This document shows, one piece after another, positions 7,606 through 16,874 of a DNA stretch of 32,000 bases. The translations under genes were made by a program, and so were the position numbers. Within the stretch, counting starts at the first letter, position 1. Every line of letters starts with the position of its first letter. Under the pieces are notes generated by a model. The model did no database searches, had not been told where the DNA came from, and saw only the letters and a program-made list of their open reading frames with translations. The DNA is from Candidatus Saccharimonadota bacterium (lineage in GTDB: Bacteria; Patescibacteriota; Patescibacteriia; 2-12-FULL-60-25). The stretch spans positions 930,001-962,000 of the forward strand of contig CP064964.1 of NCBI GenBank assembly GCA_016699205.1, in the 5' to 3' direction.

Positions 7606-9024
7606 ATGGATTTGTCTCAGATTCGCCGTGCCCATCTCGTTGGGATTGGGGGTATCAATATGTCGGGCGTTGCCAAATTGTTGGCACGTGCCGGCGTTCG
7701 CGTCACAGGATCGGATGTTGTTTCATCGGAAGCGACGGATGAACTGATCAAGCTCGGAATTCCGGTTATTATTGGACATGAAGCAAGTAATCTTCCGACC
7801 GATACGGAGTTATTGATTTATACCTCTGCCGCTCCGGAGAAAAATCCGGAACGATTAGCCGCTGCTGCAAGAGCGATTCCTCAGGTAACGAATTTTGCTT
7901 TTTTGGGGGCGTGGCTCGCGCATAAGCGCTGTCTCCTTGTATGCGGAACGCATGGTAAAAGTACGACGACGGCCTTAGCAGGCCTTCTTTTAGAGGGCGC
8001 AAATCAAGATCCGATGGTCATTGTCGGAAGCCGCGTGCCGTCTTTTCCGGATGGGAATGTGCGGTTTGGCATGTCGGATATGGTGGTGATTGAAGGTGAT
8101 GAATACGCGCGTCATTTTTTGGAGTTTGAGCCGTATGCGGTGATTTTGAATAATCTTGAGCTGGATCACACGGATATTTTTCCGGATCTTCAGAATTTAC
8201 TGCAAGCGTTTCGTGAGCTGCTTGAGAAGGTCCGCAATGGCGGAATCGTGATTGCGAATGCGGATGATCCGAATGTCCAGACGTTGGTCGGACAGGAACG
8301 TGCCGCTCTGCTTGAGCGCGGCGTCCGCATCCGTACGTTTGGTTTTGGAACGCATGCTGATCATCAAATCGTTGATCACGCCGTGAAGGCCGGGGAGCAG
8401 ACATTTGGTTTGCGCGATGTGAGCAGCCGCGTGTATCGATTCAAGCTATCGATCCCTGGACGCATGAATGTCATGAATAGTGCGGCTGCGCTCAGTCTCG
8501 TTTCTTCTATGGGTATTCCATGGACGGGTCTTGAGAATGTTTTGGCAGCCTTTAAAGGCATTTGGCGTCGTTTTGAGCGTATTGCTGATCGTGATGGTAT
8601 TTTGGTTATTTCTGACTATGGTCATCACCCGACCGCTGTTGCTGCGACGCTCGAGGCCGCCAAGGCATTTTATCCTGGCCGACGTATCGTGCTGGCGTTT
8701 CAACCGCATCAACGGCGTCGCACGCGTGACTTCTTTTTGGATTTTGTTCCGAGCTTTGATCGAGCGGATGCCTTGTTGTTGGTGGAGATTTATGATGTGG
8801 CTGGCCGGGAATCGCCAGAGGATGAATCCGTAAGCTCTCGCGATTTGCAGGATGCGATTGTGCGGCATGATGCGGATCGTGCAACGGTGCGCTCCGTCGA
8901 CTTTGCGCCAAACTCGGATGAAGCGCTGGCGATCTTGCGTCGATGGAAACGTCAGGGGGATGTAATTATTGTTATGGGTGCCGGAGATATTTATAAAATG
9001 GCCGATAAAATCATGGATGTATGA
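7606..9024 (+). CDS. murC: UDP-N-acetylmuramate--L-alanine ligase
   Basis: N-terminal HLVGIGGINMSGVAKLL, P-loop GTHGKSTTTAL and a Mur ligase C-terminal region. 472 aa. Confidence 0.95.
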   Translation: MDLSQIRRAHLVGIGGINMSGVAKLLARAGVRVTGSDVVSSEATDELIKLGIPVIIGHEASNLPTDTELLIYTSAAPEKNPERLAAAARAIPQVTNFAFLGAWLAHKRCLLVCGTHGKSTTTALAGLLLEGANQDPMVIVGSRVPSFPDGNVRFGMSDMVVIEGDEYARHFLEFEPYAVILNNLELDHTDIFPDLQNLLQAFRELLEKVRNGGIVIANADDPNVQTLVGQERAALLERGVRIRTFGFGTHADHQIVDHAVKAGEQTFGLRDVSSRVYRFKLSIPGRMNVMNSAAALSLVSSMGIPWTGLENVLAAFKGIWRRFERIADRDGILVISDYGHHPTAVAATLEAAKAFYPGRRIVLAFQPHQRRRTRDFFLDFVPSFDRADALLLVEIYDVAGRESPEDESVSSRDLQDAIVRHDADRATVRSVDFAPNSDEALAILRRWKRQGDVIIVMGAGDIYKMADKIMDV

Positions 9025-10004
9025 TGCCGCTTACGGAAGAAAAGATTGCTGCGTTTTATGCGCGTATTCCATCGGTACAGCGGGATGAGCCGATGGCAAA
9101 ACGGACGAGCTTTCGTGTTGGAGGAAATGCCAAATTGCACGTCACAGCCAATTCATCTGAATCGTTGATTGAAGCGGTGACGGCCGCCTTGGATTTTGAT
9201 ATCCCGTTTTATGTCTATGGCGGGGGATCGAATTTGCTGGTGTCTGACGATGGTTATGAGGGTGTGATGATTCAGGCGGGGAATCGTATGATCACGCTTC
9301 ACGCTTCACGCGTCACGGTTGAGGCTGGGGCAATCACGGGAATGGTAGCGAGGCAGTCAGTCGACGCAGGGCTGACGGGGTTTGAGTGGGCGATTGGGGT
9401 GTTAGGGACGATTGGTGGCGCCGTGTATGGAAATGCGGGTTGTTACGGTGGGGAGATGAAGGATTCGGTGCTATCGGTGGAAGTTTTTGATTTGAATACG
9501 CATGAGAGAAAAATGCTATCGAATAGCGAGTGCGAGTTTGTGTATCGCGGGAGCATGTTTAAGCATCGTCCGTATCTTATTTTGTCGACAACATTGCAGT
9601 TGAAACCTACGAGCGATATCGTCGCGGGAAAAACGCGCATGGAAGAAATTATGAAGATGCGGAAAGAGAAGCAGCCTTTAGATGCATCGAGTGCTGGTTG
9701 CGCGTTCAAGAATTTTGAATTTAGCGATGAATCGGCGCTGGATATTTTGAAACGTTCGGTAGAAGTTCCGGAATCGATGATCAAAAATAAATCCGTGTCA
9801 GCGGGTTGGTTGATCGACCAAGCGGGAATGATGGGCGAGTCTGTCGGCGATGCGCAAGTGAGTACAAAGCATGGAAATTTTTTCTTGAACAAGGGGCAGG
9901 CTCGTGCGCAGGATATTTTGGCGTTGATTTCTCGAGTAAAAATGAAGGTTCGGGACGAGTTCGGTATCGAGATGCAGGAGGAGGTGCAATTGGTTGGGTT
10001 TTAG
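9021..10004 (+). CDS. murB: UDP-N-acetylenolpyruvoylglucosamine reductase
   Basis: FAD-binding signatures FRVGGNAKL and GGGSNLLVSD, and a C-terminal MurB domain (SAGCAFKN, GWLIDQAG). The start overlaps the murC stop (ATGATG). Confidence 0.95.
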   Translation: MMPLTEEKIAAFYARIPSVQRDEPMAKRTSFRVGGNAKLHVTANSSESLIEAVTAALDFDIPFYVYGGGSNLLVSDDGYEGVMIQAGNRMITLHASRVTVEAGAITGMVARQSVDAGLTGFEWAIGVLGTIGGAVYGNAGCYGGEMKDSVLSVEVFDLNTHERKMLSNSECEFVYRGSMFKHRPYLILSTTLQLKPTSDIVAGKTRMEEIMKMRKEKQPLDASSAGCAFKNFEFSDESALDILKRSVEVPESMIKNKSVSAGWLIDQAGMMGESVGDAQVSTKHGNFFLNKGQARAQDILALISRVKMKVRDEFGIEMQEEVQLVGF

Positions 10005-10006
10005 AC

Positions 10007-10035
10007 TTGCGAGTCAGGCGACCGAGGTTTACGAT
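10007..10035 (+). promoter_or_regulatory. Sigma-70-type promoter for hpf: TTGCGA-17 nt-TACGAT
   Basis: -35 at 10007-12, 17-nt spacer, -10 at 10030-35, only 8 nt before ATG 10044. No SD. Confidence 0.4.
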
Positions 10036-10043
10036 TTTAGAGT

Positions 10044-10358
10044 ATGACTATCAATATTCTTGCAAAGGACATCGAGCTTACGCCGGCTATCAGAGAATAC
10101 GCCGAGGAAAAGATGCAGAGCTTGGAAAAATATCTAGAATCCATCCGACATACCGATGTTGAGGTTGGTATGGCGGAAGGTCATCAGCATTCCGGAAAAA
10201 TCTTCATGTGCAAGGCGAATGTACAGATTGGCGGCGAAACGATTTTGGTTGAGCGCGAGGCGGATGATCTCTATAAGGCGATTGATAAGGTAAAAGATCA
10301 TTTGCGCGAGACAATTACGCAATGGAAAAAGAAAATGGAGGAGCGCGATAAGTCCTAA
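10044..10358 (+). CDS. hpf: Ribosome hibernation promoting factor / RaiA family (short form)
   Basis: 104 aa. MTINILAKDIELTPAIREYAEEKM...DLYKAIDKVKDHLRE is typical of the S30AE/YfiA family. Confidence 0.9.
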   Translation: MTINILAKDIELTPAIREYAEEKMQSLEKYLESIRHTDVEVGMAEGHQHSGKIFMCKANVQIGGETILVEREADDLYKAIDKVKDHLRETITQWKKKMEERDKS

Positions 10359-10367
10359 GATTAGGTT

Positions 10368-10397
10368 AAAAAGACGCCTTGTAAGAGGCGTCTTTTT
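10368..10397 (+). terminator. Rho-independent terminator
   Basis: aaaaagacgcct (10368-79) / aggcgtcttttt (10386-97), 6-nt loop, U-tract included in the stem. Confidence 0.75.
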
Positions 10398-10416
10398 AGG
10401 CTAAGATCGGCCAACT

Positions 10417-13134
10417 ATGAAGTTTCTTACCAAGCTGTTTGGTGACCCGAATGCGCGTGAAGTGGCGCGATTGCGGGCTATCGTCGAGCAGGCCAAAACG
10501 CATGAAGCTGCCATGCAGGCTCTTGCAGATAGTGATTTTGGCTCCAAGACGGCTGAGTTTAAGGAACGTTTGGCAAAAGGCGAGTCGAGCGATGCGTTTT
10601 TGCCAGAAGCTTTTGCCTTGGTACGCGAGGTTTCACGCCGCAAGCTTGGTCAGCGTCAGTATGACGCGCAGTTGATCGGTGGATTAGCGCTGCATCGCGG
10701 AATGATTGCGGAAATGCGTACGGGTGAAGGAAAGACGCTTACCGCTACGGCGCCGGTGTATTTGAATGCGCTTTCCGGAAAGGGTGTGCACGTTATTACG
10801 GTGAACGATTATCTTGCACGACGCGACGCGGTTTGGATGGGTCAGGTGTATCACGCGCTTGGACTTTCTGTTGCGTGTATCCAGCATGCGGGAAGTTTTG
10901 TGTATGACCCGGAATTCAAAGCCGAGGAAAAACATGACGAGAATCGCGACGCGACCGGATCATTCCGTGTCGACATGGATTATTTGCGTCCGGTTTCGCG
11001 TCGCGAGGCTTATGCGGCTGATATCACCTACGGAACCAACAATGAATTTGGTTTCGACTTTTTGCGTGACAACATGGTTCAGCGCGCAGAAGAAATGGTT
11101 CAGCGTGAATTGCATTATGCGGTAGTCGATGAAGTCGACTCGATTTTGATCGATGAAGCGCGCACGCCTCTTATCATCAGTGCTCCGGCGGAAGAAGCGA
11201 CGGAAGAATATTTCCGTTTTGCCGATGTGGTCGGAAAGTTGGTGCAGGAAGAAGATTATAAGCTCGATGAAAAACAGCGTGCATCGACATTGACCGAGGC
11301 AGGTGTTGCCAAGCTTGAGCGCTTGTTGAATATCGAGAATTTGTATGTTCAGGGCGGCATGCGCACGGTGCATCATATTGAGCAGGCTTTGCGCGCCAAG
11401 GCTTTGTTTAAACTTGATCGCGATTATGTGGTGCGTGACGGAGAAGTGATGATTGTGGATGAATTTACGGGCCGTTTGATGCCGGGACGCCGTTATTCAG
11501 AAGGTTTGCATCAGGCTATCGAGGCCAAGGAACGCGTGAAAGTTCAGCGCGAGTCGATTACGCTGGCGACGATTACGTTCCAAAACTATTTCCGTTTGTA
11601 CGAGAAGCTTTCTGGAATGACGGGTACCGCTGCAACGGAAGCAGAAGAATTCCACAAGATTTACAAGTTGGAGGTTTTGTCGATTCCGACGAATAAAGAT
11701 AATCAGCGTATCGATCTGCCGGATCGTGTTTATAAGAACGAGATCGGTAAGTTTCGTGCCGCTGTGCGCGAGATCAAGATGCGTCATGAAACGGGTCAGC
11801 CGGTGCTGGTTGGTACCGTGTCGATCGAGAAGAACGAATTGCTTTCGGAATTGCTTCGCCAGGAAGGCGTGCCGCATGAAGTGTTGAATGCCAAGAACCA
11901 TGCGCGTGAAGCCGAGATTATCGCTCAGGCAGGTCGTAAGGGTGCGGTAACCGTGGCAACGAACATGGCTGGCCGTGGTGTCGATATTTTGCTTGGTGGA
12001 AATCCTCCGACGCAGGAAGAGGCAGATGAGGTGCGCAAACTTGGCGGTTTGCATGTGCTTGGTACGGAGCGTCATGAGTCGCGTCGTATCGATAATCAGC
12101 TGCGAGGACGTTCTGGCCGTCAGGGTGATCCTGGTTCAACGCAGTTTTACGTCTCGATGGAGGATGATTTGATGCGCATCTTTGGATCGGATCGCATGAA
12201 GTCGATGATGGAGCGCTTGGGTGTGCCGGAAGATGAAGCGATCGAAAATAAAGTATTAACAAGCTCGCTTGCTGCGGCCCAGCGCAAAGTGGAAGGTCAT
12301 AACTTTGATATCCGTAAGCACTTGCTTGAGTATGATGACGTGCTTAATAAGCATCGCATGGTGATCTACAAGAAGCGCCGCGATTTATTGAAGGCGAGCA
12401 TGGAGCGCACGGAAAACAATGAAAGCCCGCTCAAGCCGCTTATTATGGAGATGGTGGAGGGAGAAGTTGAACAGATGGTTTCCTTCCATACGTCGGCCGA
12501 GAATGCGGCGGATTGGGATTTGGATCAGCTTGCAGAAGCTGCGTCCGCGATTTTGCCTAAAGGCGTTGATGTCCGAGGACAATTACAAGCGGCGAGCGAG
12601 AATAAGGATGGCCGCGAGAATCTTGTCTTGATGCGTACGGCTTTGGTCGAGACGCTGCTTAAGCTTGCTCGTGAAGCCTATGAAGCCTTGAGCAAGCAGG
12701 CGGGTGATCCTGGTTTGCAGGCGGAAGTTGAAAAAGCGGTTGCGGTGCGTGCGCTTGATGATCTTTGGATTGCGCATTTGGAGAACATGGATTATCTCCG
12801 TCATGGTGTTGGTTTGCAGGGTTATGGCCAACGTGATCCGCTCGTTGAGTATAAGCGCGAGGCGTATCGCATGTTCCATGGATTGCTTGGCACATTGAAT
12901 CAGCGCGTTGCGTCGACTATTTTTAAGGTGCAAATTGCCCGCGAGACGGCTGAAGAGGAATTGCGCCGATTGCAGTCGCAGGCCAAGCCGATTGAGTTAT
13001 CGGGCCCGCAGAAAGAGACAGAGAGCGTTTCTGTGCCATCATCGGAGGAAAAGAAAGCGATGGGGGATGTTGGGAGAAATGATCCGTGTCCTTGCGGAAG
13101 TGGAAAGAAGTATAAGAAGTGTCACGGGGTGTAG
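10417..13134 (+). CDS. secA: Preprotein translocase ATPase SecA
   Basis: 905 aa. Walker A MRTGEGKTLTAT, DEVDSILIDEARTPLIIS and a C-terminal zinc motif CPCGSGKKYKKCHG. Confidence 0.98.
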   Translation: MKFLTKLFGDPNAREVARLRAIVEQAKTHEAAMQALADSDFGSKTAEFKERLAKGESSDAFLPEAFALVREVSRRKLGQRQYDAQLIGGLALHRGMIAEMRTGEGKTLTATAPVYLNALSGKGVHVITVNDYLARRDAVWMGQVYHALGLSVACIQHAGSFVYDPEFKAEEKHDENRDATGSFRVDMDYLRPVSRREAYAADITYGTNNEFGFDFLRDNMVQRAEEMVQRELHYAVVDEVDSILIDEARTPLIISAPAEEATEEYFRFADVVGKLVQEEDYKLDEKQRASTLTEAGVAKLERLLNIENLYVQGGMRTVHHIEQALRAKALFKLDRDYVVRDGEVMIVDEFTGRLMPGRRYSEGLHQAIEAKERVKVQRESITLATITFQNYFRLYEKLSGMTGTAATEAEEFHKIYKLEVLSIPTNKDNQRIDLPDRVYKNEIGKFRAAVREIKMRHETGQPVLVGTVSIEKNELLSELLRQEGVPHEVLNAKNHAREAEIIAQAGRKGAVTVATNMAGRGVDILLGGNPPTQEEADEVRKLGGLHVLGTERHESRRIDNQLRGRSGRQGDPGSTQFYVSMEDDLMRIFGSDRMKSMMERLGVPEDEAIENKVLTSSLAAAQRKVEGHNFDIRKHLLEYDDVLNKHRMVIYKKRRDLLKASMERTENNESPLKPLIMEMVEGEVEQMVSFHTSAENAADWDLDQLAEAASAILPKGVDVRGQLQAASENKDGRENLVLMRTALVETLLKLAREAYEALSKQAGDPGLQAEVEKAVAVRALDDLWIAHLENMDYLRHGVGLQGYGQRDPLVEYKREAYRMFHGLLGTLNQRVASTIFKVQIARETAEEELRRLQSQAKPIELSGPQKETESVSVPSSEEKKAMGDVGRNDPCPCGSGKKYKKCHGV

Positions 13135-13137
13135 AAT
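13132..13137 (+). promoter_or_regulatory. -10 box TAGAAT, 6 nt upstream of ATG 13144 (overlaps the secA stop)
   Basis: gtg TAGAAT aattgc ATG. No SD. Confidence 0.35.
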
Positions 13138-13143
13138 AATTGC

Positions 13144-13677
13144 ATGATCTATTTCATCACTGGTAATGACAAGAAGTTTGCCGAGATGAAGGCGGTGTTG
13201 CCGGAGATCGAGCGAATGGATATTGATTTGCCTGAAATCCAAGCAATGGATTCTCAAGCGATTATTCGAGCAAAGCTGCAAGAGGCATTACGACATACGG
13301 ATGGAGAATGCATCGTGGAGGATACTTCCGTTTCTTTGGAGTGTTTGAATGGGCTTCCCGGACCGTTGATTAAGTGGTTTTTGTTGAAGATGGGTATTGA
13401 GGGATTAGCATCGATGGCGGAAAAGCTCGGAAATGATCGTGCGATAGCGACTGTTGTTATTGGTTACGCAAAGAATGCTGATGAAGTGATGTTCTTTGAG
13501 GGCTCGATTCCTGGGAGAATTGTTCAGCCGAGAGGTGATCGTTCTTTTGGTTGGGATCCGATTTTTTTACCGGATGGATTTGATCAGACGTTTGCCGAGA
13601 TGGGAGTCGAGGAAAAGAGTGCTGTTAGTATGCGCAGGATAGCCGCGGAAAAGCTCGCCAAGCATTTACAGCAGTAA
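13144..13677 (+). CDS. Non-canonical purine NTP pyrophosphatase (ITPase, Ham1/RdgB family)
   Basis: [19 protein letters not shown] and [12 protein letters not shown] signatures. 177 aa. Confidence 0.9.
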   Translation: MIYFITGNDKKFAEMKAVLPEIERMDIDLPEIQAMDSQAIIRAKLQEALRHTDGECIVEDTSVSLECLNGLPGPLIKWFLLKMGIEGLASMAEKLGNDRAIATVVIGYAKNADEVMFFEGSIPGRIVQPRGDRSFGWDPIFLPDGFDQTFAEMGVEEKSAVSMRRIAAEKLAKHLQQ

Positions 13678-13723
13678 ATTCTTTATCTTATTAAAGGTGG
13701 TGGGTTTTCTGCCGTGTAAGAAT

Positions 13724-14203
13724 ATGAATGAAACTTCCAAGACGTTGACCCTTGTTTATCTCCGTAGAGGTGATGAGATTCTTTTAGGTTACAAGAAGCG
13801 GGGATTTGGAATGGGGCAGTGGAATGGGCTGGGTGGAAAAGTTGAAGAAGGGGAGGATATTGGTTTGGGTGCGCGACGTGAAGTGAAAGAAGAAGTTGGG
13901 ATCGAGGTTGGGGCAATGCGGAAGTTTGCGGTGATTGAATGTGATTATCGGAATGTGGAGAAGCCGGGTGTTATTGAAATCCATATGTTCGAGTCTTTTG
14001 ATTTCAAGGGCGAGGCTGTCGAGACAGAGGAAATTGAGCCAAAGTGGTTCAAGGTTTCCGAGTATCCTTTTGATAAGTCGTGGCCGGATGATCGGTATTG
14101 GTTTCCGTTTTATATCGAAGGCAAAACATTCCGGGGAAGTTTCTTATTCGATGGGTACGATAAAATCACCTCGTACGAGATTATCGAGGAGCTGATCGAT
14201 TAG
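13724..14203 (+). CDS. Nudix hydrolase, MTH1/NUDT1-like (oxidised purine NTP pyrophosphatase type)
   Basis: Nudix box GGKVEEGEDIGLGARREVKEEVGI. KKRGFGMGQWNGLGG and WPDDRYWFPFYIEGKTFRGSFLF resemble the MTH1 signatures. ATG 13724 is preferred over GTG 13697 on alignment logic, so the start is uncertain. Confidence 0.85.
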   Translation: MNETSKTLTLVYLRRGDEILLGYKKRGFGMGQWNGLGGKVEEGEDIGLGARREVKEEVGIEVGAMRKFAVIECDYRNVEKPGVIEIHMFESFDFKGEAVETEEIEPKWFKVSEYPFDKSWPDDRYWFPFYIEGKTFRGSFLFDGYDKITSYEIIEELID

Positions 14204-14997
14204 TTTATTTTGCGAGCGCGTAATCCGAGGAACAGCGGGATTTCTTTACGTGCGACATTTTCTGCTTTTGCTTTTGGACCGGAGTCGCTGGTTTTGTTGG
14301 AGACCCATTCTTCGAGCGCATCGACGACAAAGCCGTGTTTGGCGAGTTCGGTGACGTACATCGAGAGCGGACGGTGATAAGAGTAGGTTTTGACGTCCGG
14401 AGCGGAACCCGGGTGCGCGATGATCGGCATTTCGTAGTCGCTCATGTATTTATCGACACGGCGATATTGGAGTTTACGCTCTTCATCCCAGCCCCAGCCG
14501 CTTTGTCGCGGTTGGCGGAATGCCGGGTGATTCATTGTAAGGATGAGTACGCCGTTGGGTTTAAGAACGCGGCTCGCATCAGAAAAGACAGGACCGAGCG
14601 GATCGATATTTTGAATGGCGAGATTACAGACAATGCCATCAAGCGATGATGGCTGGAATTGATGAGCAAAGTTTGTGGCGTCGTCGACAGCAAAGCGGAT
14701 ATTTTTAGGCGCGTTCTTTTTGGCCTGGAGAATCAAGGTCGGGGAGGCGTCGAGTCCATCGACCATCGCGGCTTTGGGTGCAAGGAGTTTGCTGAAGGCG
14801 CCTTGTCCGCAAGCGAGGTCCAAGTAGCGGCCGTCTTTTTTTGGGGTGAGCAAACGCATGGCACCCGGGAAGATTAGGTCGCGTTGGAAGTCGCCGCCTT
14901 CTTTGCCCATGTAGCCGGAATACCAGCCGGCGACGGACTCCCAGCTTGATTTGGGGTTTTGGATTGGTTTGCGGACGCGTCCGCGGATAGATCGCAT
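14200..14997 (-). CDS. Class I SAM-dependent methyltransferase
   Basis: Motif I YLDLACGQGAFS and post-I/III motifs (VLKPNGVLIL). 265 aa. Its stop overlaps the convergent Nudix stop (TTAG). Confidence 0.85.
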   Translation of the reverse strand: MRSIRGRVRKPIQNPKSSWESVAGWYSGYMGKEGGDFQRDLIFPGAMRLLTPKKDGRYLDLACGQGAFSKLLAPKAAMVDGLDASPTLILQAKKNAPKNIRFAVDDATNFAHQFQPSSLDGIVCNLAIQNIDPLGPVFSDASRVLKPNGVLILTMNHPAFRQPRQSGWGWDEERKLQYRRVDKYMSDYEMPIIAHPGSAPDVKTYSYHRPLSMYVTELAKHGFVVDALEEWVSNKTSDSGPKAKAENVARKEIPLFLGLRARKIN

Positions 14998-15036
14998 ATG
15001 GACGGTATGCTACACTGTCACCATATTCCTACCAAT

Positions 15037-15297
15037 ATGGGATTCATTCTTCGCGTACTTCTTGGGCTGGTGATTGTGGCGGTTGGAGCATTCTTTGTGA
15101 TCAGAACGCGCTCTATCGTTGACTTCTTTGGCGGAGTTGATTTTGCCGAGCGTTATCTGGGCGGCGGCGGTACCAATTTGTTTTATAAGCTGCTCGGTAT
15201 TGTTTTCTGTCTTTTGGGTTTCTTGGTAGCCACCAATCTTTGGAATGCGTTCTTGCAGGCTACTCTTGGCTCGTTGTTCCCGTCCGCTTCTCCATAA
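15037..15297 (+). CDS. Small membrane protein (86 aa, two predicted TM helices)
   Basis: ATG 15037 (MGFILRVLLGLVIVAVGAFFVI...LLGIVFCLLGFLVATNLW). The upstream part of ORF 14959.. overlaps the divergent gene. Confidence 0.5.
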   Translation: MGFILRVLLGLVIVAVGAFFVIRTRSIVDFFGGVDFAERYLGGGGTNLFYKLLGIVFCLLGFLVATNLWNAFLQATLGSLFPSASP

Positions 15298-15301
15298 AAA
15301 C

Positions 15302-15916
15302 ATGCATCATAGCGGTAATGAGCTGATTAATCCGTTCAAAGCCTTAGAACGCGCCGGTTTGCGCAAAGGCTCGCATATTGCTGATCTTGGTTGCGGAGCT
15401 CTTGGTCATTTTGTGTTTCCGGCAGCGCAGATGACAGGCGGTGAAGGGCGCGTGTATGCGGTTGATATCGATAAAGCAGCTTTGAAAGCGGTAGAGCGTG
15501 CAGCAAGACATGATCAGTATTGGAATGTGATTCCAGTTTGGTCGGATATTGACGTGGTTCATGCGGCGCGTATTCAAAGCGGTACCATCGACTTGACGAT
15601 ACTGGCTAATAACCTCTACCTTTCCGCCAACCGATCAGGCATGGTTGAGGAGGCTTTGCGCCTTACCAAGCCCGGCGGACGCATCTTGGTGATCGAGTGG
15701 AAGCCCATTCGGACAACGATTGGCCCACCGGTTGAAAATCGTATGTCGGCAGAGGAAGCCAAACGCTACTTTGCGGTAGACGAGCTCGACTTGATCGATG
15801 AATATGATGCGGGAGATTCCCATTTTGCGCTTGTTTATGCCAAGCATGAGCCGATGCGTGAAACGGAAGTCGTCTCGACACATATTCCCGAAGAGATGGA
15901 AGCAGCTGAAGAATAA
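15302..15916 (+). CDS. Class I SAM-dependent methyltransferase
   Basis: Motif I IADLGCGALGHF, plus VYAVDID and LTKPGGRILVIEW. Start at ATG 15302, 4 nt after the previous stop. Confidence 0.85.
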   Translation: MHHSGNELINPFKALERAGLRKGSHIADLGCGALGHFVFPAAQMTGGEGRVYAVDIDKAALKAVERAARHDQYWNVIPVWSDIDVVHAARIQSGTIDLTILANNLYLSANRSGMVEEALRLTKPGGRILVIEWKPIRTTIGPPVENRMSAEEAKRYFAVDELDLIDEYDAGDSHFALVYAKHEPMRETEVVSTHIPEEMEAAEE

Positions 15917-15931
15917 TTTCATTACTTGTTT

Positions 15932-16348
15932 ATGGATCTGATCAAACCCTTGTTGACCTTCCAGTATTGGTTCGGTACCGGTGTTATTCCATTTGTCCCA
16001 GCCGTGAGCCGTGTCATTTTGATTTTGATGACGGCACTCGTATTGGCTGGTATCGCTATCGCTGTTTATCTTAAACTGCAGAAGAAAATAAATAAGGCGA
16101 TTCGCCGTGTTTGGAAGCGCGTTGCGACGCTGTGTGCCACCATGGGTGTCATCGGACTCCTTTTGTACGGATTTTACTACGAGGGAATTCCGGTGCTCTC
16201 GATGCGTTTTTGGTGGATTGTATGGTTTGGCATTCTTGGTTGGTGGAAATACGATATCTGGATGGAATATCGTAAGACGATGGCATCACGTATTGTTGAC
16301 AAAGATCGTGCGAATTACGAAAAGTGGTTGCCAAAGCCAAAGCACTAA
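15932..16348 (+). CDS. Membrane protein (138 aa, ~3-4 TM helices), unknown function
   Basis: Hydrophobic segments VILILMTALVLAGIAIAVYL, LCATMGVIGLLLYGFYY and FWWIVWFGILGWW. ATG 15932. Confidence 0.6.
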   Translation: MDLIKPLLTFQYWFGTGVIPFVPAVSRVILILMTALVLAGIAIAVYLKLQKKINKAIRRVWKRVATLCATMGVIGLLLYGFYYEGIPVLSMRFWWIVWFGILGWWKYDIWMEYRKTMASRIVDKDRANYEKWLPKPKH

Positions 16349-16353
16349 GAATC

Positions 16354-16380
16354 AAAGCCCCTCTTTATGGAGGGGCTTTT
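16354..16380 (+). terminator. Rho-independent terminator
   Basis: aaagcccctc (16354-63) / gaggggcttt (16370-79) followed by T. Confidence 0.7.
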
Positions 16381-16418
16381 GTATTGACGGCTGAGGAAAT
16401 CCATGGAACGGGGTAGAT

Positions 16419-16775
16419 ATGGACTTCCGAAAAATACGCGGACAAAGCGGGGAGTCGATCGCCTTGGCTTATCTGGAGGAGCGGGGATTCCGGCTTATCG
16501 AGCGCAATTGGAATTGCCGGCTTGGCGAGATTGATTTGATTGTCGAGCGGGGCGGGGAGACAAGGTTTATCGAAGTAAAATTACGAAGGACGATGGAATA
16601 TGGCTACCCAGAGGCGTCGATTACGAGGACGAAATTAAGGCATTTAAGTCGGGCTATTGAGTGCTGGATGAAAGCGCAGGCTAACCCGCCAATTTGCTAT
16701 CAGGCCGACGCTATCGCTATATTTGCGCCTCTAGGTGAGACGCCTACGATTACTTGGATTGAGGGTATATATTGA
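16419..16775 (+). CDS. YraN family (UPF0102) endonuclease-like protein
   Basis: GESIALAYLEERGFRLIERNWNCRLGEIDLIVERGGETRFIEVKLRR is the typical YraN core. 118 aa. Confidence 0.85.
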   Translation: MDFRKIRGQSGESIALAYLEERGFRLIERNWNCRLGEIDLIVERGGETRFIEVKLRRTMEYGYPEASITRTKLRHLSRAIECWMKAQANPPICYQADAIAIFAPLGETPTITWIEGIY

Positions 16776-16812
16776 AAGTAGCTAATATTAGCCAAATACT
16801 AGTTTGTACTGA

Positions 16813-16841
16813 TTGACAAAATCTCATTTTTTTGTTATGCT
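16813..16841 (+). promoter_or_regulatory. Sigma-70-type promoter TTGACA-17 nt-TATGCT
   Basis: Consensus -35 at 16813-18, 17-nt T-rich spacer, -10 at 16836-41, 33 nt upstream of ATG 16875. Confidence 0.5.
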
Positions 16842-16874
16842 ACGACGTTCGATTACCCATATATCCTTATTACT

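Noticed and set aside
7206-7607. A 133-aa minus-strand ORF antisense to the orphan gene, which would start next to murC.
   Set aside because: It is extremely Arg-rich (RRQNKIGKPRKAG...RRIGLGRFFRWRL) and runs through the terminator hairpin. The plus-strand ORF has an SD, a terminator and balanced composition.
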